From Antedon mediterranea (taxonomy: Eukaryota; Animalia; Echinodermata): a stretch of 64,000 nt of DNA. The notes beneath the pieces were generated by a model. The model searched no databases. It was not told the origin of the DNA and was given only the letters and a program-made list of their open reading frames with translations. The DNA lies in contig NC_092676.1 of assembly GCF_964355755.1 (NCBI RefSeq), positions 10,207,888 through 10,271,887 of the forward strand, written 5' to 3'. The translations under genes were made by a program, and so were the position numbers. Positions 27,701-39,700 of this stretch are shown here, piece after piece. Positions within the stretch are counted from its first letter, which is position 1; the number at the start of each line of letters is the position of its first letter.

Positions 27701-30700
27701 GAAAAAAATAATCCCTACCATAAATATCAGTGTTTACCATTTTCCTTACGGGGGATTCAGTTCTCCGCTTCTTATTACTAAATTACCGTCGCCCAGGCAA
27801 TGTGCATGGTATGCATGTATTAGCGCGTTAATTAATGATTGGATAACCCCCGCAGTGGACTGTTCCATTTTCTGAACTAGTCTTCGCCGCACACGAGGCA
27901 TGTCGAAAAATGTCGCCTCTCATCATGGAATATTTGCTTCGAAACGTCAATTTTACCGATTTATTAAATTATTTAATAAGTGGAATATTTATCAATCTAT
28001 TATATAAAACAAGTACGTTAGGAAGAAATGTACCGCAGAAATTTAAGAAGCTTTGAATTTGCTATGCTATGCAGCGGCCGTAACCCATTCTATGTAGGCG
28101 GCCGAAACGCGCTTTGGCCAGGGTTGCCGTTGTAGTATACGTTGTTTCTTAGCTATTCAATTTAAAGCGCAACTTTCGGTTAGATAATCGGGAAATAAAA
28201 TTAAACATGTTAACATTATACTATTGAGGTAATTACTTTGTTAAATTTAAAATTCCCCTTTTTAAATAACAGAACAGAAAGTACTTTTCAGTTGTGACTT
28301 TTCCAAAAAGTAGCCTATTTAAAATTAAAACTGCGCTCTTTTAAATGTAATGAAATATAATGCAAAAGATGAAAATACGACTTTTTTTATTTAACTGGCA
28401 ATATGATGACGTCACAACATTCGATTGGCACAATTTACACATGATTTTGTATCTACAATACAATAGCTTCCTGAAAACGTTTTAATCGTGATTATCACAT
28501 TTTATTCTTACGAGGTATAACAGATTAAAATTTACTGTAAAGATGAAATTAATGACCAACGTAATTAAAATTTTTAGGCATGATGACGTTAAAAAAATTA
28601 AAAAATTTTTAATTCATGCAAAAGATAGTTGATTGACCTAGAATATATTAAAATCGGGGTGAAAATGGACAACGAATAAGTGGAGAAGCGCTCTATTAAA
28701 TGTAATGAGCTATGACGAAAGAGACAAAAATCCTATATATATTCGCGTGGTCATACGATGACGTCACAATGTCTATACACTTTAAATATATCTTCAATAC
28801 TTAAAATATTTAGGGTCTTTAACCTATATAAATATGAAGTGTCCCAATTTCTTTCTTTTCTGTACATAATTATTCTAGTGGCCTTTCTCTGAACCCTTTC
28901 AAGTCTATACATATGAGATATTTCAGTAGGTGCCCACATACAACAACAGTAAGTCACAACAGGTAGTATTAGTGCTTTGTAAAGATTTAGCATTGCCATC
29001 CAAGACATTGCTTTACTACATCTTGAAACAAAACCAAGAAGTTTGCTTGCCTTACTACAAACATAATCATTGGCTTCCAGACAATTTGACCATTTTTTGC
29101 TTTTAATTACAGTTTTTTTCAGGTAAATAATTTTTGTTCAGACCCAATTTTTTGTGAAAGTGAATATCTATTATTTGACAAAACAACAAAAGATTAAAAA
29201 AAACATTTTTTTCAGGGGACAATATATCTTTAAGATAATAATAATCATTGCAGAAATAATGATCCTGAAAGCTGTCCGTTATTTGAAACAAAAAAACATT
29301 TAAAGAACATCCACCCTGCGAAACCTAATAACCTCTAACCTACAGTAGTAAGTAGGCCAGGTAGCCTACGTTGGCTAGGTTCAGGATTGATTGCCCATAA
29401 AACATTCGATGTATAAATAATAATAAATAATAATATTTATTTGGAACAACACTTTTTTAACAGTGGCACACATGCGTACATGGTGCGTCCATACCAATTA
29501 CAAAAAAAAAAACAATAACAATGGAAAATAAAAACTGAAACTAAAACTAGAACTTAAACTCGTCACTGCGCTCTTTTAAATGTAATGAAATATAATGCAA
29601 AAGATGAAAATATGACTTTTTTTATTTAACTGGCAATATGATGACGTCACAACATTCGATTGGCACAATTTACACATGATTTTGTATCTACAATACAATA
29701 GCTTCCTGAAAACGTTTTAATCGTGATTATCACATTTTATTCTTATGAGGTATAACAGATTAAAATTTACTGTAAAGATGAAATTAATGACCAACGTAAT
29801 TAAAATTTTTAGGCATGATGACGTTAAAAAAATTAAAAAATTTTTAATTCATGCAAAAGATAGTTGATTGACCTAGAATATATTAAAATCGGGGTGAAAA
29901 TGGACAACGAATAAGTGGAGAAGCGCTCTATTAAATGTAATGAGCTATGACGAAAGAGACAAAAATCCTATATATATTCGCGTGGTCATACGATGACGTC
30001 ACAATGTCCGGTTAGCCATATTAATGTATGATCCGATATCTACAACTCATCAACTTCCAGAATATGTAATTAAAAAAAAGTTCTCCATGTAGTTTAGAAT
30101 CTATGAATGTTTAAAAATAGGCATAATTTTGACGAATTTTTGAACTTTTTCACCAAAAACGCGTGCAAATTATCTAATTCGACGTGCTCGTATGACGTAA
30201 TTTTAAGTCGAAATTGTTTAAAATTTGGTAACATTACTAGAAAAGGCTGAAAAAACATAAATCACGCGAAAAAAAATATGTTTTTAACGCTACGTGTGCA
30301 CCGCGTGCGTAAAAATTTTCGCGCGCGTGGGAATTTTTGACATGCTCAAAATGACATGAAACGCATAGAAAGTTGATTAGAAGTTGATTTTTCGCTTTCT
30401 AAAATTTTAAACGCGCGTGCGCGCGTAACTTTTTGTAAGACATGCTATTTTTAATCCATAGAAAGTTTGCGCTTGATATGACTTAAATTTTCACAAAGTG
30501 TCAAAACAAAATTATGTTTGGTTTTTAGTCTATGATCAATCATTGAAAATCATAAAATCGCGCGTAAGTCACGTTGCGCAACTCTGACGTCATTCAAAAA
30601 TAGGAGGTGCACAAGTTCACGTAAATGTCGATATGTTGACAAAGTTACGATATGTTCTGTTTACACGTTTTAGAGAAACGCGACGCACAAAAATGACAGA

Positions 30701-33700
30701 AGGAAAGAAGCATAATACAGACTAGATTTGAACGAGTTCGGGTTATCCGCGCAAACGCAACATGCACGTACTTTAAACTACATGAAATTCGACAATTGTT
30801 ATGCCGTCCTGTGACATAAATTAAGTATGTTTACAGTGTTGAATTGTACCTATTTTGTAGCATACAGCATATTATAGAATACACTGTTATATGTTATATA
30901 CAGTGTAGTATAGACGAAATTACGAGACCATCTTTTAAATCCAATTATTAACACGATGATGTCATCAAATTGACATATAAAGATAACAATTATTATTACA
31001 ATTATCTAAATAATTACATTATTACAAATTTGAAGAATTCTGGGCACGTAAAAGAGAGATGCGCTCTCGTTTAACGCAATGAACTTTTACGCAAAGGATG
31101 AAAATACGACTTTTTTTATTCAACTGGCCATATGATGACGTCACAACATCTGGTTGGCAAAATATTTACAGGAATTCGTATCTACAATCCAATAGCTTCC
31201 AGAAAACGTTTTAATCATGATTATCACTTTTTATTCTGACGAGCTATAACAGATTGAAACTTACTGTAAAGATGAAAATAGGTGAACCACGTTATTTACA
31301 TTTTTAGACATGATGACGTCATAAAAATTAAAATATTTTTAACTCATGCGAAAGATAGTTGATTGACCTAGACAGTATTAAAATATATGAGGAAATGGAA
31401 TACGTATAAGTGATATGCGCTCTATTTAATGTAATGAGCAATAGCGAAACAGTCAAAAATCCAATATTTTACATTCGTGTGGCCATACGATGACGTCATA
31501 ACATCCGAGGGGTAAATATTCTGCATGAATTCATATCTACAACATATCTGCTTACATATTAAATAAAAAAAATTGGGGGTAACGGTTGATCCTGAGGATC
31601 TATAATAGATTCAAAGTAGGCATAATTTTGACAATATTTTGTCACTTTTGCAACTAAAACGCACGCAAATTGTCTAAATCAACGTGTTCGTATGACGTCA
31701 TTTTAATTTGAAATGATGTCAATCTTTTTTAAAATGACTAGGAAAGGCTAGAAAATTACAATTCAAAAGAAAAAAACATGATTTTCGTACTCCGTGCGCA
31801 CCATACGCGTAAATTTTTTCGCACGCGCGGGAATTTTTGACATGCTTAAAATGTCATGATCAGCGTAGAAAGTTGATTAGAAATTAATTTTGCGCATTTT
31901 GAAACTTTAAATGCGCGTGCGCGCGTAACTTATTGTAAAACAGGCCATTTTTAATCCATAGAAAGTTCGCCCTTGATATGACTTAAATTTTCACCAAGTA
32001 TCAATAAAAAATGAATTTTGGTTTATAATCTATGATCAACCATTTAAATTCATAAAATCGCGCGTAACTCACGCTGCGCGACTCTGACGTAATATAACGA
32101 AGTTTCTTGCACATCTACAGCTACAGGTCAATCTTTTGACAAAGTTATACAAAGTTATGTTCACAAGCAATAGGGGATATGCGACGCACAAAAATCCGGG
32201 AAAGAAAGAAGAATAACTAGACATGAAACTCGTCACTTTGACGAGTTAGTTATCCGCACGACAAACGCCACGTGCACGCCATACGTTGGAATATTGCACA
32301 CGGAAAAAGATTATGGCATTATGACCTGAACTGAAGACTATGATATGTTGTTAGTGCTGAATTCTATTATTTTGATTCATATATAGTATACACAGTGTAA
32401 TCTGTATACATATCACATACAGTGTAGAATAGGGGAAATTACAGGACCCGCTATTTATTGCAATTTTTAACATGCTGATGGTTTTAAAATGAAACGCGAA
32501 GGTAGCAATTTTGGAAGGAAATTATCTCAGCAACAACATATTAACGTGTAGAAGGAATTTGAATACGTGAAATATTAATGCGCGCTCTTTTAAATGTAAT
32601 GAACTATAACGCAAAATATGAAAATACGACTTTTTTTATTTAACTGGCCATATGATGACGACACCACATCCGATTGGCAAAATTTTCACATGATTTTGTA
32701 TCTACAATCCAATAGCTTCAAGAAAACGTTTTAATTGTGATTATCACATTTTATTCTTACGAGCTATAACAGATTGAAATTTACTGTAAAGATGAAATTA
32801 ATGCCACATGTAATTTAAATTTTTAGGCATGATGACGTCATAATAATTAAAATATTTTTAACTCATGCGAAAGATAGTTGATTGACCTAGACAATATCAA
32901 AATCGGGGTGAAAATGGAAAATGGATAAGTGGAGATGCGCTCTATTAAATGTGATGAGCTATGACGAAAGATACAAAAATCCTCAATTTTATATTCGCGT
33001 GGCCATACGATGACGTTAAAATGTCCGGTTAGCCATATTAATACATGATTTGATATCTACAACTCATCAACTTCCGGAATATGTCATCCACAAAAAGTTG
33101 ACCGTGTAGTTTAGAAATTACGACTGTTTAAAAAAAGGCATAATTTTGACAAATTTTTGTACTTTTTCATCAAAAACGTGCGCAAATTGTCCAATTCGAC
33201 GTGCTCGTATGACGTAACTTTAAGTCGAAAGTGTTTAAAAGTTGGTAAAATTACTATAAAAGGCTGGAAAAACATAAATCACTCGAAAAAAATATGTTTT
33301 TAATGCTACGTGCGCACCGCACACGTAAAAATGTGCGCGCGCGTGGGAATTTTTTACATGCTTAAAATGACATGAAACGCGTAGAAAGTTGATTAGAAAT
33401 TAATTTTGCGCATTTTGAAATTTTAAATGCGCGTGCACGCGTAACTTTTTGTAAAACATGCCATTTTTATTGCACTAACAGTTTGCCCTTGATATGACTT
33501 AAATTTTCATAAAGGGTAAAAAAAAAATTACTCTTGGTTTTTAAGCTATGATCAATCATTAAAAATCATAAAATCGCGCGCAAGTCACGTTGCGCAACTC
33601 TGACGTCATTCAAAATAGGAGATGCACAACTTCACGTAAATGCCCACATGTTGTCAAAGTTATAAAATGTTATGTTTACACATTTTAGAGAAACGTGACT

Positions 33701-36700
33701 CACAAAAAAATGGGAAAGAAATAAGAATAATACAGAAAAAACTAGACATGAAACTCGTCACTTTGACGAGTTAGTTATCCGCACGACAAACGCCACGTGC
33801 ACGCCATACGTTGGAATATTGCACACGGAAAAAGATTATGGCATTATGACCTGAACTGAAGACTATGATATGTTGTTATTGCTGAATTCTATTATTTTGA
33901 TTCATATATAGTATACACAGTGTAATCTGTATACATATCACATACAGTGTAGAATAGGGGAAATTACGGGACCCGCTATTTATTGCAATTTTTAACATGT
34001 TGATGGTTTTAAAATGAAACGCGAAGGTAGCAATTTTGGAAGGAAATTATCTCAGCAACAACATATTAACGTGTAGAAGAAATTTGAATAGGTGAAATAT
34101 TAATGCGCGATCTTCTAAATGTAATGAACTATGACGCAAAATATGAAAATACGACTTTTTTTATTTAACTGGCCATATGATGACGTCACCACATCTGATT
34201 GGCAAAATTTTCACATGATTTTGTATCTACAATCCAATAGCTTCAAGAAAACGTTTTAATCGTGATTATCACATTTTATTCTTACGAGCTATAACAGATT
34301 GAAATTTACTGTAAAGATGAAATTAATGCCACACGTAATTTAAATTTTTAGGCATGATGACGTCATAAAAATTAAAATATTTTTAACTCATGCTAAAGAT
34401 AGTTGATTGACCTAGACAATATCAAAATCGGGGTGAAAATAGAAAACGGATAAGTGGAGATGCGCTCTATTAAATGTGAGGAGTTATGACGAAAGATACA
34501 AAAATCCTAAATTTCATATTCGCGTGGCCATACGATGACGTCACAATGTCCGGTTAGCCATAATAATGCATGATCCGATATCTACAACTCATCTACTTCT
34601 AGAATATGTCATCCACAAAAATTTGACCGTCTAGTTTAGAAATTACGACTGTTTAAAAAAAGGCATATTTTAAACAAATTTTTAACCTTTTCATAAAAAA
34701 CGCGCGCAAATTGTCCAATTCGATGTGCTCGTATGACGTATCTTTAAGTCGAAATTGTTTAAAATTTGGTAAAATTACTAGAAAAGGCTGGAAAAACATA
34801 AATCACGTGAAAAAAATACGTTTTCAATGCTACGTGCCAACCGCACACGTAAAAATGTGCGCACGCGTGGGAATTTTTGACATGCTTAAAACAACATGAA
34901 ACGCGTAGAAAGTTGATTATAAATTAATTTTGCGCATTTTGAAATTTTAAATGCGCGTGCGCGCGTAACTTCTTGTAAAACATGCCATTTTTAATCCACA
35001 AAAAGTTTGCGCTTGATATGACTTAAAATTTCACAAAGTGTCAAAACAAAATTATGCTTGGTTTTTAGTCTATGAGCAATCATAAAAAATCATAAAATCG
35101 CGCGTAAGTCACGTTGCGCAACTCTGACGTCATTAAAAAATAGGAGGTGCACAACTTCACGTAAATGCCCATATGCTGACAAATTTATGAAATGTTATGT
35201 TTACCCATTTTAGAGATACGCTCTGCACAAAAAGTGAGGGAGAAAGACAGAAGAATAATACTAGACATGAAACTCGTCACTTTGACGAGTTAGTTATCCG
35301 CACGACAGACGCCACGTGCACGTCATACGTTGGAATATTGCACACGCAAAAAGATTATGGCATTGTGACCTGAACTGATGAATATGATATGTTGTTATTG
35401 CTGAATTCTGTTATTTTGTGTCATATAGTATACACAGTATAATCTGTATACATATCACATACAGTGTAGAATAGGTGAAATTACGGGACCCGCTATTTAT
35501 TCAAATTTTTAACATATTGACGGTTTCAAAATGAAACGCGAATGTAGCAATTTCAGAAGGAAATTATCTCAGCAACAACATATTAACGTGTAGAAGAAAT
35601 TTGAACACGTGAAATATTGATGCGCGCTCTTTTAAATGTAATGAACTATGACGCAAAAGATGAAAATACGACTTTTTTTATTTAACTGGCCATATGATGA
35701 CGTCACAACATCCGATTGCCAAAATGTTTACATGATTTCGTATCTACAATCCAATAGCTTTCAGAAAACATTTTAATCGTGATTATCCGATTTTATTCTT
35801 ACGAGCGATAACAGATTAAAATTTCCTGGAAAGATGAAATTAATGACCCACGTAATTAAAATTTTTAGGCATGATAACGTTACAAAAATTAAAATATTTT
35901 TAACTCATGCGAAAGGTAGTTGATTGACCTAGACAATATTAAAATCTCGGAGAAAATGGAATACGGATAAGCGTGATGCGCTCCATTGAATGTGATGAGC
36001 AATAACGAAAGAGACAAAAATCCTATATTTTATATTCGCGTGGCCATACGATGACGTCACAATGTCCTGTTAGCCATATTAATGTATGATTTGATATCTA
36101 CAACTCATCAACTTCCAGAATATGTAATAAAAATACCTTTCACCGTTTAGTTTAGAAACTACGACTGTTTAAAAAAAGGCATAATTTTGATGATTTTTTT
36201 AGCTTTTTGATCAAATACGCGTGCAAATTATCCAATTCGACGTGCTCGTATGACGTCATTTTAAGTCGAAATTGTTTAAAAGTTGGTAAAATTACTAGAA
36301 AAGGCTGGGAAAACACAAATCACGCGAAAAAAGTATGTTTTAACGCTACTTGCGCCCCTCGCGCGTAAAAATTTGCGCACGTGTGGGAATTTTTGACACG
36401 CTCAAAATGACAAGAAACGCGTAGAAAGTTGAAATTGATTTTTCGCATTTTAAAATTTTAAATGCGCGTGCGCGCGTAACTTTGTGTGAAGCATGCCATT
36501 TTTAATCCACAGAAAGTTGACTCTTGATATGAATTAAATTTTCACCAAGTCTCAATACAAAATGACTTTCGGTTTTTAATCTATGATCAATCATTTAAAT
36601 TCATAAAATTGCGCGCAAGTCACGTTGCGCAACTCTGACGTTTTTCAAAAATAGGAGGTGCACAACTTCATGTAAATATCTATATGTTGACAAAGTTATG

Positions 36701-39700
36701 ATATGTTCTGTTTACACATTTTAGAGAAACAGGGCTCACAAAAAAAGGAAGAAAGACAGAAGAATAATACAGAAAAAGAAAAAAAAAAAGATCCCATACA
36801 ATAACAAGGAGTTATCCGCACACTGCCATGTGCGGATAACTAACAAAGAAGAAGATGATGAAAAAAAAGATATTTACAATCACAAGGGTTATCCGCAACT
36901 TAAAGTTGCGGATAACCAAAAAGAAAAAAAAAAATATGATGAAACAGGACGATTACAAGGAGTTATCCGCTACTAAGCGGATAACTAATAAAGGAAAAAA
37001 AAAAAAAAAAGATCCTTACAATAACAAGGGCTTATCCGCTTGAGGCGGATAACCAATAAAACATATTTGAGATAATGACATAAAATTTGACTCGACGCTA
37101 TTACAAACTTATTTTCAAACTAAAACTACACTAATACAACTACTAATTTTAAATATCAACACCCCAGACAGTGTAATAATGACCTTTCCAGACCGAAAAC
37201 CATTCTGTTTTGACTGAGGGTCTGGGCTTCTCCAAGATTGCGCAAGTTGTCTAGGACCTCTTCAGGTAAAGCTTCAATAATGGGGCTATTCGATTCGATT
37301 CGAACATTCGATGTATAAATATCAACACCCCAGACAGTGTAATAATGACCTTTCCAGACCGAAAACTATTCTGCCCGAAATTACGGTACTCTCTCGATAC
37401 GACTCTATATTTTATTAGTGGAAAATGCATTTTTATTTAACATCAATCTTATCAAGCCAGCCAAAGACTGACGTACATTAAAAGTACAAAGAACAATGTA
37501 AATCTATAAACAATTATTTGCAATTAGCAATGTATAATAAATAAAATCAACCATGGAGAAGGTGGAAAGGTTATATACACTGCCATGGGAATGGATACTT
37601 GAGAGGCGCCTATGTCAGTTGTGTAAACACCCATATAACTATTTGGTCAAAGTTGAATTATATCTTTCGAGGGTGTAAATATATAATAATATGCAACCGA
37701 GAGTAAAATTAATAGTTAAACGTAAATTTGAAATTAAATTTAACTTTTAAACGACAATTTGCAATATCATAATCTATGGCGTACCAAACTGTCATTTATT
37801 TAGGCAACTAAAATATCTTAGTTTTTAATAGATGTAGTTAGTTTACAATATAGATCTTAGGTTCCAATAGAGATATATCCCTGTTTATAACCAAGATATC
37901 TCTATTATTCCAATTAGAGACAATTAATATATGTCTTAAGAGATATATCATAGTTTTGTTCCCTTGAGTTAGGCCTATTAGCAATTTAGTATTCCTATCA
38001 AATAAACTTGGTAGGCCTATATAGACGACGCATTCCCATAAGAATAAATAGGCCTATACTAACTATTATATTAAAATAAATGTATTAACTAAAATCATTT
38101 CATTACTACTCAACTTATCAGATGTTATCGTAAATAGTGTTGTCATTTTCTTAATCAATATTATCGGTATCGATATCCATCTTCAACCATCTTTAATATT
38201 TATTACCAATATTGGTAGGCATATATAGGGCTACGTGTTCCGTTTTGCTGAATCGGAATTAATTTTAAGTATACAACAATATTGTTATACGTCAGTATAA
38301 ACTGTACTTATACTCGACGCAAAGTATTCAAGTTCCATATTAGACTGTTGCTTAATTAGTTTGCTTTTACTAACGGTAGATAAATTAATTTAAATTCCTT
38401 TACCTATTAACAATTTGTTGGCACCGGTGTAGAGGAGGTTGTAAAATGATATTCGCGCGCTGTTTGATCGTAGGCCTATAACTGTTAATCTTCGAGTTTC
38501 CAATAACAACCCCGCCTTCTAATTTAAATGTTAAAACGTTTTGTCCCACGCTTGAGTAGGCTCGGCTAACAAAATGAATTTTGTCTACACAGAATGAATT
38601 TTGTCTACACAGAATACATTTTGTCTACACAGAATACATTTTGTCGCCACAAAATGAATTTTGTCCACACAGAATTAATTTTGTCCACACAGAATTAATT
38701 TTGTCCACACAGAATTAATTTTGTCCACACAAAAAGAATTTTGTCGTTACAGAATGAATTTTGTCACCACAAAATGAATTTTGTCGTTACAGAATGAATT
38801 TTGTCTACACAGAATTAATTTTGTCAACACAGAATTAATTTTGTCAACACAGAATTAATTTTGTCTACACAGAATTCATTTTGTTTATACACAGAATTCA
38901 TTTTGTCTACACAGAATGAATTTTGTTTACACAGAATTAATTTTGTCGAGACAAAATGAATTTTGTCAAGACAAAATTAATTTTGTCAATACAAAATGAA
39001 TTTTGTTTTGACAAAATTAATTATGTGTAGACAAAATTGTAATATTTCGACAAAATTAGCAATGTCATAATCGGCTACATTTAGATTTTGTCACACATGA
39101 CGGCGATAATAGCGATAAATAAAGCATAAAGAAAATGTTAATTATTTGATCACTGTTTTCGCGATATGAAAACATTTCCAAAGTCCTTAAGCGATGACAT
39201 CACACATGTACCAGCACCCTATTGGCTGATTATGACAATGCAATTTTACCGTACCTTATATGATACTAATGGGATAACTACTTCTTCTTTAAATGTTTAA
39301 AAATGTGAAAAATAAGTCGATTCTATAGATGACAAATTTCGTTTTTGTAAAAGCACAAGTTAACGGAGTACTTACTCGAACGTTTCGATCTCTATCAGAG
39401 ATCCTTCTCAACTGACTGCGGAGTGTTAATGCAGCTTGGTCATTCTTGACGTCATCTGTTGATGACGTTGTACGCCTCCGGTTGTAGGTTGGAGGTTGTG
39501 CGGGGCTCGGCCAGGTGATGTGTCTATCAAATCATTGTACAAATGCGAGAGTTCGTGGGCTCCAGTGTCCCGGTTCATGGTCTTCTCTTTATTTCTCCTT
39601 ATATGTAATGATTCTCTAATCTGTCTGTCTTTGCGTTTAGGCTCTTTGGTTAAGATGGTAGCCTCCCAGTTCGGTACATGATTGTGTTTTATGACATGTT

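Larger units (their letters stand above)
23945..29228 (-). mobile_element. Kolobok-like element expanded by nested insertions and a duplication
   Basis: TTAA|AGATGTATTGTCTCCC at 23941 and GGGGACAATATATCT|TTAA ending at 29232. Same termini as the 19687 and 45113 elements, in inverted orientation. Confidence 0.6.
22112..39066. mobile_element. Foldback-like element (~17 kb with cargo) with minisatellite-containing inverted arms
   Basis: The left arm (GACATTGCTAATTTTGTAGAAATATTACAATTTTGTCTACACATA, 20-bp array, TTTTAACATTTAAATTAGAAGGCGG; 22129-23567) is the reverse complement of the right arm (38512-39066). No transposase ORF and no TSD were seen. Confidence 0.75.

Noticed and set aside
36800-37056. 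Four hairpins with variable spacing, resembling a CRISPR-like or terminator array
   Set aside because: The stems match the subterminal repeat of the upstream 1.5-kb units, so they are better explained as transposon termini (reported as a finding).
37150-37372. ~58-bp direct repeat (about 37151-37210 vs 37316-37373)
   Set aside because: A small local duplication inside the foldback interior, with no further structure evident.
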